Shown in pieces: positions 1 to 11,664 of a stretch of 64,000 nt of DNA; position 1 is the stretch's first letter; each line of letters starts with the position of its first letter. This DNA comes from Hormiphora californensis. Its lineage: Eukaryota > Animalia > Ctenophora. The stretch lies in NCBI GenBank assembly GCA_020137815.1, contig CM035359.1:2790001-2854000 (forward strand). The letters run 5' to 3'. The notes under the pieces were generated by a model. The model ran no database searches. It was not told the origin of the DNA and saw nothing but the letters and a program-made list of their open reading frames with translations. A program made the translations under genes and the position numbers.

Positions 1-125
1 AGGGTAACTAAGTGTTCCTTGTATTGGAGCACATTCCTATTACCTACTCTAGTGTCACCTAGTACCACCCTTTCTCTCCCCTAGTATCACCTATAGTATC
101 ACCTATTACATTCTCTCCCCACTAG

Positions 126-3100
126 GTATCACTGCTAACTTTGTTAATAAGAACACAGACGAAGAGGCAAAGATTGAGGAGATTAGTGGTGTAGCTGCAC
201 TGTTTAATCAGGTAAGTTATTTTCATCCCTTTTTATAGTAGAGTCGATAACTACATCGACCTCTCCCAATTGTTCCAGTTTTTGTCACATCTGTTTGGAG
301 CCTCGACACGACCTCTAAACAGGTGTTACTTTTTCACAAACTGTTTTCATCTTGGTGTAATCAGCAGTTGAAATGTTGCTGATCATAACAAAAACCTGAC
401 TAAATTTTTTCAACTTGGGGTAAAACCATGGGTGTCAAAAGTTAGCTCTAGGTCCCCTGAGTAACCATCCGGAGACTCCAAGAGATATTTCAAGCCGTTC
501 TCCTGTAATCATTAATCCCGGTAGAGCACATATTTGAGTATGGACGTACGTGCAATTGCCTACAACCTCAACTTTAATGTATAACGTTAATGTGCGTCTC
601 TCTCTTTTCTCCCCCTTCAGAAAGAGTTATCTCGCGCGGCGCTACCGCACGTGCGGTTTTTCCAGAGAGAGTGAGAGACATACAATAACATGTAAACAGC
701 CTGCCAGCGCTCACGTACGTCCGCATTGAATTTTTTTCTCCACCGGGATTAATGATTACGGGAGAACGGCTTGAAATATCTCTTGGAGTCTCCGGATGGT
801 TACTCAGGGGACCTAGAGCTAACTTTTGACACCCATGGTTTTACCCCAAGTTGAAAAAATTTAGTCAGGTTTTTGTTATGATCAGCAACATTTCAACTGC
901 TGATTACACCAAGATGAAAACAGTTTGTGAAAAAGTAACACCTGTTTAGAGGTCGTGTCGAGGCTCCAAACAGATGTGACAAAAACTGGAACAATTGGGA
1001 GAGGTCGATGTAGTTATCGACTCTACTATTATACGCTTCGGTATCCACAATTAACATCCCACCGCATCTCACTAACAGCCCATCTCCTATCCTGTCTTAA
1101 TAACATCCCATCTCACTAACATCCCATCTCACTAACATCCCATCTCACTAACATCCCATCTCACTAACATCCCATCTCACTAACATCCCATCTCACTAAC
1201 ATCCCATCTCACTAACATCCCATCTCACTAACATCCCATCTCACTAACATCCCATCTCACTAACATCCCGTCTCACTAACATCCCATCTCACTAACATCC
1301 CATCTCACTAACATCCCATCTCACTAACATCCCATCTCACTAACATCCCATCTCACTAACATCCCATCTCACTAACATCCCATCTCACTAACATCCCATC
1401 TCACTAACATCCCGTCTGACTAACATCCCGTCTCACTAACATCCCATCTCACTAACATCCCATCTCACTAACATCCCATCTCACTAACATCCCATCTCAC
1501 TAATATCCTGTCTCACTAACATCCTGTCTCACTAACATCCCATCTCACTAACATCCCGTCTGACTAACATCCCGTCTCACTAACATCCCATCTCACTAAC
1601 ATCCCATCTCACTAACATCCCATCTCACTAACATCCCATCTCACTAACATCCCATCTCACTAACATCCCATCTCACTAACATCCCGTCTGACTAACATCC
1701 CGTCTCACTAACATCCCATCTCACTAACATCCTGTCTCACTAACATCCCATCTCACTAACATCCCATCTCACTAACATCCCATCTCACTAACATCCCATC
1801 TCACTAACATCCCATCTCACTAACATCCCATCTCACTAACATCCCATCTCACTAACATCCCATCTCACTAACATCCCGTCTGACTAACATCCCGTCTCAC
1901 TAACATCCCATCTCACTAACATCCCATCTCACTAACATCCCATCTCACTAACATCCCATCTCACTAACATCCCGTCTCACTAACATCCCGTCTCACTAAC
2001 ATCCCGTCTGACTAACATCCCGTCTCACTAACATCCCATCTCACTAACATCCCATCTCACTAACATCCCATCTCACTAACATCCCATCTCACTAACATCC
2101 CATCTCACTAACATCCCATCTCACTAACATCCCATCTCACTAATATCCTGTCTCACTAACATCCTGTCTCACTAACATCCTGTCTCGTGTAGAAATTCTT
2201 TGCGGATCTCAAGTTGGAGACAGATATCGATTTGGAGAATATTGTATACTACAAAGATGACACCCATTACTTTGTAATGACTGCAAAAAAGAGCTGTCTG
2301 CTGAAAAAGGGTGTTCTGAAGAAGGTATTGCTCAAACCAGAGAGTTTATTTACTCGATATATCAGGTCCCCTCCCCCCATTAGGTCCCAGATCTTTCAGA
2401 CCAAATTACCAGACGGATTAACCCTTTGACGGCGACAGAGCATATATGCTACAGTCTATTCTAGGCGGCCTGGAAGTCCTTATGTTTTATCTAGGTGGCC
2501 CATATTTTGTCACAAGCTAGTTTTAGGGATTATGAACCTAAAACCACGTCCAGATCAGCTCAGAAAATCAAGAAAAAAAAATTATAGCCCTTCTAAGGAG
2601 GCTAATTTCGGCCTATTTTTAAAAACATTTCTCATTTTTTTGTTTTTTGGGGGCACAACTAATCCTTTGAAGGAATAAAAGTGCTCGACATAACCGACCG
2701 AATGCAAAAAGCCGCATCAAAAAATATTGAAAATTGAATGAGTTATTAACATTTAAGGCGCCGTATCATATATGATACTATCGCCCGTAAGGGAATTCTA
2801 GTAACAAATCTAAATTGTACAAGTTTGTGGGTGCTATGGCATAAATTTATGATTTTATGTGGTATGTAGCTACAAGTTTTACAATCGTGAACGGTTTTTA
2901 CAAGGAAAAGAACCCAAATTAAAGATTTGTATCATATATGATACTATCGTCCTAAGGGAAAATTCTCCTAAAACATACATAATTCGGGCTAGAAAAGGAG
3001 CTAAGAGACAAATCAGGGCACTAAAATGTGTAGAATCATCGCATTAGTGGAGGTAGAGCACATATTTAGGTCGCTATCTGGATCCCTAATTGAGATAATT

Positions 3101-6100
3101 GGATAATTAGCTAATTATCTGTCCCGCGCGTGCTAATTATTCATGAAACTTTGCCCTGGGAAGGAGTTATGAGACAAATGGGGGCACTAAAATGTGTAGA
3201 ATCATTACATTAGTGGGGGTAGAGCACATATTTAGGTCGCTATCTGGATCCATAATTGAGATAATTGGATAATTAGCTAATTAGTTGCCCTGGAGCGCTA
3301 ATAAATGAGACTAGGCGGAGTATGCAAGACAAGTGAGGGCACTAAAATGTGTAAAATCATCGCCTTAGCGGGGGTAGAGCACATAGCTGAGTTTCTATTC
3401 CCACTCCTAATTGAGATAATTGGATAATTAGCTAATTGACGGTTGCACACCGTCTACTTTTCACCAAATCCCGTGGTTTCTAGGTAATCCTGAGCTCTTT
3501 TGCTCAATCTAAGGATCTTCTGACAACCCCTAACCCCATTTGTATCACCTTTGACTCGTTTTACACAATAGCATAGCACTCGATACAACCCTAGACACTG
3601 CCTTCAGCTCTTTAGAACCCTCTTGCTCCATCCTAGACCTCTCATACATCCAAGATCCAACTACAATCCTATAGAATTTTTATATCCTATTGCTCTTACA
3701 ACACGTTCAACCTCTAATGTACTACAGTTTCCCATATTTATTGTTTGGACACACGGTTATAGGGGTTTAGGGATATTAGGGGATGTCAGAAGATCCTTAG
3801 ATTGAGCAAAAGAGCTCAGGATTACCTAGAAACCACGGGATTTGGTGAAAAGTGGACGGTGTGCAACCGTCAATTAGCTAATTATCCAATTATCTCATTT
3901 AGGAGTTGGAATAGAAACTCAGCTATGTGCTCTACCTCCACTAAGGCGATGATTTTACATATTTTAGTGCCCCTACTTGTCTTGGATACTCCACAAAGTC
4001 TCATTTATTAGCGCTCCAGGGCAACTAATTAGCTAATTATCCAATTATCTCAATTATGGATCCAGATAGCGACCTAAATATGTGCTCTACCTCCACTAAT
4101 GTAATGATTCTACACATTTTAGTGCCCCCATTTGTCTCATAACTCCTTCCCAGAGCAAAGTTTCATGAATAATTAGCACGCGCGGGACAGATAATTAGCT
4201 AATTATCCAATTATCTCAATTAGGGATCCAGATAGCGACCTAAATATTGCTCTACCCCCACTAATGCGATGATTCTACACATTTTAGTGCCCTGATTTGT
4301 CTCTTAGCTCCTTTTCTAGCCCGAATTATGTATGTTTTAGGAGAATTTACCCTTAGGACGATAGTATCATATATGATACAAATCTCTAATTTGGGTTCTT
4401 TTCCTGGTAAAAACTGTTCACGATTGTAGAACTTGTAGCTACAAACCTCATGAAAGCATGAATTTATGCCATAACACACACAAACTTGTACAATTTAGAT
4501 TTGTTACTAGAATTCCCTTACGGACGATAGTATCATATATGCTACAGTGGGCCCAGCAAAAACTACATGTCGGAATTACAAATTTCCTTTTCGAGGCGTT
4601 TTGTGTTGATAATATCTACTTATAAACGAAAAATTAGACAATTCTATCGAGCCAATCCTTCTCGCCGTCAAAGGGTTAACTTCCCACCATTTAGCATTTT
4701 AACTGAATTAGTGACCAATGACCAATCAGCTGTGTTTGAGTCTCACCCCTCTCACACTCCCTCTTCCATATCCCAGGACAATTCGGATGTGTTAAAACTG
4801 TTATCCTATGACAATGTGGATCGTATGCAACTGTTAAACTTCAACCGTCAGGCTGCAGATTTTAGTGCTGGTCTACCCCACTATGAATTTGCTGTTGACC
4901 CAGGTACCAGTAGTGGATTATTTTGTTTTTGTTCTAACCTTTTTTGGGCCGAGTATGACCTTGGTGGATTACAAAGAACAATTGGGCCCACTCAATCTCT
5001 ATCTCCACTATGCTAGTTGTATAATACATTCTGATCTGTCCATACTCTCCACTTGTCAAGATCTTATACATCTCAATGTAATGTACCACTAAATCCCCCC
5101 ATTGCAGTAACGGGTAAAGAGGATGTTGCGATATTTGACTTTACTTCAATGTACAGTGCAGAGTATGCCGCTAGGATCCTGGAGAAACGGGGTCAGAGGC
5201 TGCTGGTTGGTCTTGTAGGGGATGGTCTAATGGAGGTATAGAAAGAGGGGAGGGAGAGAGGGAGGGAAAAAGAGTTAGAGAGAGGGAGAGATAAATATAT
5301 TTATCATTCTCGCCACAAATTACAATATTATCCTACTATCAAACTATCTACATTTCAGCCGTTTTGGCCTCTTGGTACGGGGTGTGCCCGGGGTTTTCTC
5401 TCCTGCATGGACCTTATTTGGACCTTCAAGCGGCTCCAATCTGGCACGGAGCCAGTTGAAGTGCTGGCGGAGAGGATGGCGCTATATCAGTTGTTACATC
5501 AGACGAGTAATGAGAATATGAATAAATCTCATGCTGCTTTCACACTTGATCCTAAAACAAGGTAATGTAATAAAGTGTGAAAATTTAAGAAATTGTGACC
5601 TATCCTACAAACAGTAATAGGCTACAATTTCTCAGCAGATTGTGTTTCGTGAAACAGTTTGTAGATTTCAAGAAAACTGTTTTGACGACGTCATGGAGTA
5701 TAATTGATTTCATTGATTAGCAAAAAGTATTCCATTATAACTTCCCTTCACAGGTACAAGTTGATTCCCAAATTCTCAGACGATGTCAGCCACCTATACG
5801 AGCACGTTGATAAAGAAAACAAGAAGACTAGTAAGTCACAGAGAGTTAATATGCTGCGTTTGTTTGTTTGGCTGTTTGTTTGTTTGCTTTTACTTGTGGC
5901 TGTTTGTTTGTTTGTCAAAAAAGTGACAATTATGTTGTGCGAACATCTTTTGCGGATGGCCCCATATTTTGTGGGATATAATGAGGAATACCCCTTCGGC
6001 CCAGCTTGGTGAAATCTTCTTTTTTTAAATAAAATGGGTTTGAATGAAAAAATTTCCCCGTGTATCATGTGACATTCTGTGGTGTCTATATATGTAATAT

Positions 6101-9100
6101 GAACGCAAGTGAGTGAGAGAGAAAACAGCCGAGAGCACCTACCATCCTTGATCGAAGGAGAACTTGCCCGTATTTTGTAACCGTATCTGATGTCGATGTG
6201 AGTGTTAATAGTTTAAATGTGTGCGACCAGACTTGTGTGACCGGTGAAGATTGTGTATTGTGAGTGTGTCCTGGTGAACCAATGTGTTTTGATATTTCTT
6301 GGGTGACGATCCCTCTATTTGAACGAACCTGGATCACCCACCTACCTAGGATCAACGCCACAGACCCTTATACAGTCGGACCCCGATTTAGTGGCATCCT
6401 CGGGGGAAAAAATCCTGCCACTAAACCGGGGTGCCACTAAATCGGGTTCAAATAATGTTAATTTTCGTATATCGGGGGGAAAAATCCTGCCACTAAATCG
6501 GGGTGCCACTAAATCGGGGTCCGACTGTAGTTCAATATATCAATACTATATTTGTTCATAAAATTTTATTTAATGTATTACACACGTTTTCTAAGGTGTG
6601 TCTTCGTGACAGTATATTTGGGGTCCAAAAATATGTCCATAATTATATATTCATTCTGCATCTCACTCATATATTGGTCTGTGTTGCAACACACATATTG
6701 TATATTAGTTTGCTGCAGCCCTGCACAAATCATATCTTTTTAGCCTCTATTTATAACTTTCAAAGTTAGAAGTTAGTTGCATACTAAATATATATGTGCA
6801 TATATAAATACGCAACTAATGCATATATATAATATAATGCTCTATTTAGTAGTCTGTCCAGCTGCTGAGTCCGCAAACTTCTACTAATTTTTTGTTAAAT
6901 TGAACTCCCGCTGCCACTATAAAACTTAGTACTACACCTTATAGTATAGTTACACCATTGTAGTAACACTATTATAGTAAGGCTGCTATATATAGTTATA
7001 CTGTGGATTACGGATCCCCTATACAACTGCCAGATAGTGAAGCCAGATAATTCCATCTGCAGTATTAACAAATTGTGTGCTTTCTTCACGCATGAGTCAT
7101 CGCGTGCGACGTGATCAGTAGAAAACACCGCCTATACTCTCTGAAAAAAGCACACAATTCGTTATGGGAAGTCGGAATTATCTAGTGCTCTTTCCTGACT
7201 TTCACTTTAAATTCGATGTGTAACTCCACATATATCTACTAGGGGGGGGGGGTGACACGTAACAATTTGTAACATGTGACTACCTGTAGGACGTCAATCT
7301 GAGGTACCCGCTCTCACGGAAACTGGACCCCCTAAACGGAAGAAGCTCACTGGGGAACTCACCGAGACTGTCCACAAGGAGTTCAAAGATAAAACGTTTG
7401 CACGGACCAGGAGACCCAAGAGGCCATCGATTCAACCTCTCATCGCTCCTGTCAAGAAACGTGAGTTATTGTTGGGTCAGCTGCGTGGGAACAAATTCGT
7501 AAAAATGAACCCCCTGTGAACCCCTAAAGACCCCCTTTCTATCCCTGATATAACCCCCTCTATTAAAGTTAACTACTAAAGACCCCCAACCACAACACCC
7601 ACCCCCCCCCCCACCCCTAATACCCCCATCCCCATCCCCCAGGTTCGGTATCACCGGTAGCAGGAGGAGGAGGAGGGGAGAAGATGGTAGTTGAAAAGAG
7701 GGTCAGTGACCAGGAGGTACTGTTAAGATGGTGCCAGGAGAAACTAAAACCCATCCTACCATTCCTACCCGTAGAAGGTATAATGTATGCCCTTATTTGG
7801 TAATACTGCATATTATATGCTCATATATGGTCATCAAGTGATATTATATGACCTAATAAGGTGATTGTATGATTACAGATCTCGATACTTGTTGGAGGGA
7901 TGGGGTTCTGTTGTGTGGTCTGGTTCATCTTTGCTCCCCAACCGATGTGTAAGTGAACTCTCTGGATAGATACACTGTGCCTATCAGTTTACAAAATTGG
8001 ATCCTGATATCAGGGAGGAATATTGGAATATTGGATCAAGAATAGATTTATACAGTCGAAAGTTGGGGCTAACAATATTTTACATATTTCAGGAACATGG
8101 GAGCTGTAAAGAACAGAAATACAGACCGGGAAAATGTTGAACTTGCTATCACGGTAAGTGGGTGAGGGATACAGTCGTACCCCTTTTTCCCCCGAGGAAC
8201 CCTGTAAATCGGGGTTCAACTGTACATATATTTGGATATTTTAATTTCACACATTACACATTATTTAACACACATGCAACCAATACCAATCCCGCAGGTA
8301 ATGTCAAATGAGTTGGGTATTGATTCTCTCGCGGCTGAAGACATACTACCTCCCAGTGGCCCTGACCTGTTAGCTATCATCACCACCATAATTGAACTTA
8401 AGAAGATCTTGGAAGAGGTACAGTAATTGTTAATTAATTAATCAATAAGTTAATTGATTTACGTCATCAGACCCGAAACCGACCAATATTTGGCCAAACT
8501 TATTGAACCCCCTCCCACACTCTCTCCTATTCCTAAAATAAAACGCAGTACATTTTAATTTGTAAGAAACCAAGGCCAAAATATGAATCATTAAAACATA
8601 CATTATAATCACACAAAAACAGTTATCAAATCTCAATTCAAAACAAATTCATTCACTTTTCCATTCCTTGGAAAATCAAAGTCTTTGTATTTCTGTAGCA
8701 TCTTCTTTACGACATGGTCGTAGTTAAAATGACTCATTTTCCTATCTCTGTCCGGATCTTGTAGGAAACTTACAAACTGAAAATATTATTTTGATCAGAT
8801 TATTCTGATTAATTAACTAATTGCTTGACTAATTAATGACTAGAACCAATAGTTAATTAACTAGTTAATTAATTAATTAATGACTACAACTACCTCTGTT
8901 AAGCTGACATCTGCCGCCATTAGTGTAAAACAATGCATGTCCTTCTGGCCCTCTTTTGTCAGTGGATGCTGAATACACCCCCACCCAGAGGAGCTCCACA
9001 CATCTAGTTGCTGACACCTCTCCTCAAACTGGAGAAATTAATTAATTACAGATAATAATTGGTTTAGTATAATAATAAACTGGAAATTAAAGAGGAAATT

Positions 9101-11575
9101 AAACCGATGATAAGGTTTTAGTTTGTTGAATAACCCCTTGCTCAAAAAGTTTTAGTAGAATCGTAAACAGGAATAAGTGTAGAGAGATAAAAGTTGTTGT
9201 TCACCTCTTTTTTCCGTGCTCTAAATTCCTCTACTGTTTTCCAGAACTCAGGTCCCTGATCAGCCAATCGTTTTTCTAGTTTCGCCTTGAACCGCTCATA
9301 TAGACGGATATCAGGTAGTAGGGCCCTTGTTAGCCGCTCTCTTGTTGCATCTGATATGTCCTTAGACCTGGCAGAAGAAAATAATTGTACAATAATTATT
9401 ATAGGGTAAATTCTCACAACTGTCACCGTTTGGACGCCCCACCTCGGTAACCATGACCAACAATCCGTGGGCCACATGAGCTTGTACATTTAAAGTTTGA
9501 ACCCAATTACCAAATATATGTACCTGGGTGTATAAAGTTGGAGTTACCCACCTCTTGGAACTCAATTACCTAATATGGGCATAAACTCACCTCTTCGAAT
9601 TACTCTTCATCCTCCCAAGGTAAAACAAATCCTCAATCTCCCAACACATGTCCTCCTTAAACAACATCAAACTCTCATCCAGCCTCTCCAGAATGAAAAT
9701 GTGAGGGAACCATCTCTCCATCTTGTCCAGATACCTCTCAACATCCACCTCGGTTAATTTGTCTCTCCCTCTGTTGCCCATTCGGCCATTCTTGTCTCTG
9801 AAGATGTGAGAGGTGTGTTTGTCTAGGTCTCAAAAGTAAAATCTAGACAGCTGAATGAATTTACGATCAAACTAAGACAATAAATCATCTAAAAAGTTAT
9901 TTTTTAGTAGTCTCTAGATTAACTTACATTAATCCCATCCCAAGATCCTGTGATTGTCGGTTGAATCCATTTCCTATTATGTACAAGCCCTCAGGAACAG
10001 ATTCAGCCCTAGCATCCAACATGTAATTAATGGTTTGGTCCAGCGTCCAATTCCCGTTACCATGGTTTTTGTTGATGTTGTTGTCAGATCTGGGAATATA
10101 GTGGGGTATTTAGTTGTTGTCAGGATAGGTTTGATTCGAAATTAAAGTTACTAATTAATTAATTAAGTTAATTGACTAACTGGTAAAAGATGAAGTTAGA
10201 TATGAAGGCAGATATTGGTTCTCTTATTAGCGATGTATAGTAGGTATCCCGAGGCATGATCTGTTCCGCGTTATGTCTGTTAAATGTCATATGTTGACAC
10301 ATAATGTTGTAGTCTTCTCCCTCTTCCAACTTCATGATTCTGAAACAAAACGTTGGCAGCAAGTTGTCATGGTTACGAAATAACCCCGCGCAATGTCAAA
10401 TAAGGAGTAACATGTTGCCATGTAAATTGTAAAACAAACTGTGATAAAACATGTTTCCTTACCTATTTAACGGTATTCCATAGATGTAATGGGTGTACGG
10501 TATCACGGCATAATTTAACCCCCGTTTTATCCCGAAATAATACCAAATATTGACTGTCGTAGAAGTCCCTGTTTTGTGCGTTTTAACAAAAACAAAGTTT
10601 TTCCTGGGCTCGGTACATTTATTTGCCGTAAAGTTATACGGTTCCTGTGTTGATAATTCATCATATGATTCCTCAGTTTCATCAGAGAAATCATCACCAT
10701 ATCCCTGGCTTTCTGTTGCGATCATGGTTGGTTCCCCTAAATCACTTTGTTCTTCAGTAGTTCCCTCCAAAATATCAGGATTCAATAATTGCTCCGGATC
10801 ATCCCCTGTTGGGGGTTCAAACGAGGGACTACTAGCAGGAGAACTACTTGGTGATGACGTCATATCTGATGACGTCATAGTGGTGTCTTGTGACGTGATA
10901 GTGGTGTCTTGTGACGTCATAGTGGTATCTGAAGAAGGCCCATCTGATTCCTCTTCTGATTTCTCTCCTGTTGGTGGGAATGGAGTAGGGCTACTGTTGT
11001 ACTCTGGTTTAGTTCCACCATCACCAACATCTTCACCTCCTGCACCTGATACAGCACCTCTTCAGTATCGTCTCTAGTAACCCCTCCTTCTCCGCTCCTC
11101 TTGTATGTTATTGAAGGTGTGGAGGTTACCGAGAGGGTCTGGTACATAAGGATTACACAAGCGAGCAGGACCACACATAGGATTGTGTAAAAGTGTTTCT
11201 TCGAGGGGCTCCTAATCATGACACCCTCTCTCGCGCACCTAGGATAGTGGGATAGTGGTAGTAGAAGGGTCGGAGACAGGAACCGACCGAAATAAGTAAA
11301 CAACCAATCAGAACTCGGTATATAGGTCACGTGACTGGTCATCAGCCAATCAGGGACCAGTATTTCCTGGTCGGAGACCATGGGGTTTAGAACACAGTGT
11401 TTAAAGTAGGGCGTGATGAAAGAGGCCCTCTTGAAAAGAGGGTCGAGCAAGGCATTCAATAGAAAGATAGCAAACATGGAGTCTACAGACCAATGGTGTT
11501 CCATTTCTCAACTCCATCTCTCTCACTCATTTCTATCTCTCACTCTCTCTTACTTCCATCTCTCTCACTCATTTC

Positions 11576-11664
<89 letters not shown>

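Noticed and set aside
2859-4479. Pair of similar ORFs (2859-3047 + and 4261-4479 -) as a duplicated gene or transposase
   Set aside because: They are the two arms of the foldback element and show no transposase motifs.
10550-11077. 175-aa + strand ORF (and 63296-63811 +) as separate genes
   Set aside because: Antisense shadows of low-complexity coding exons on the - strand.
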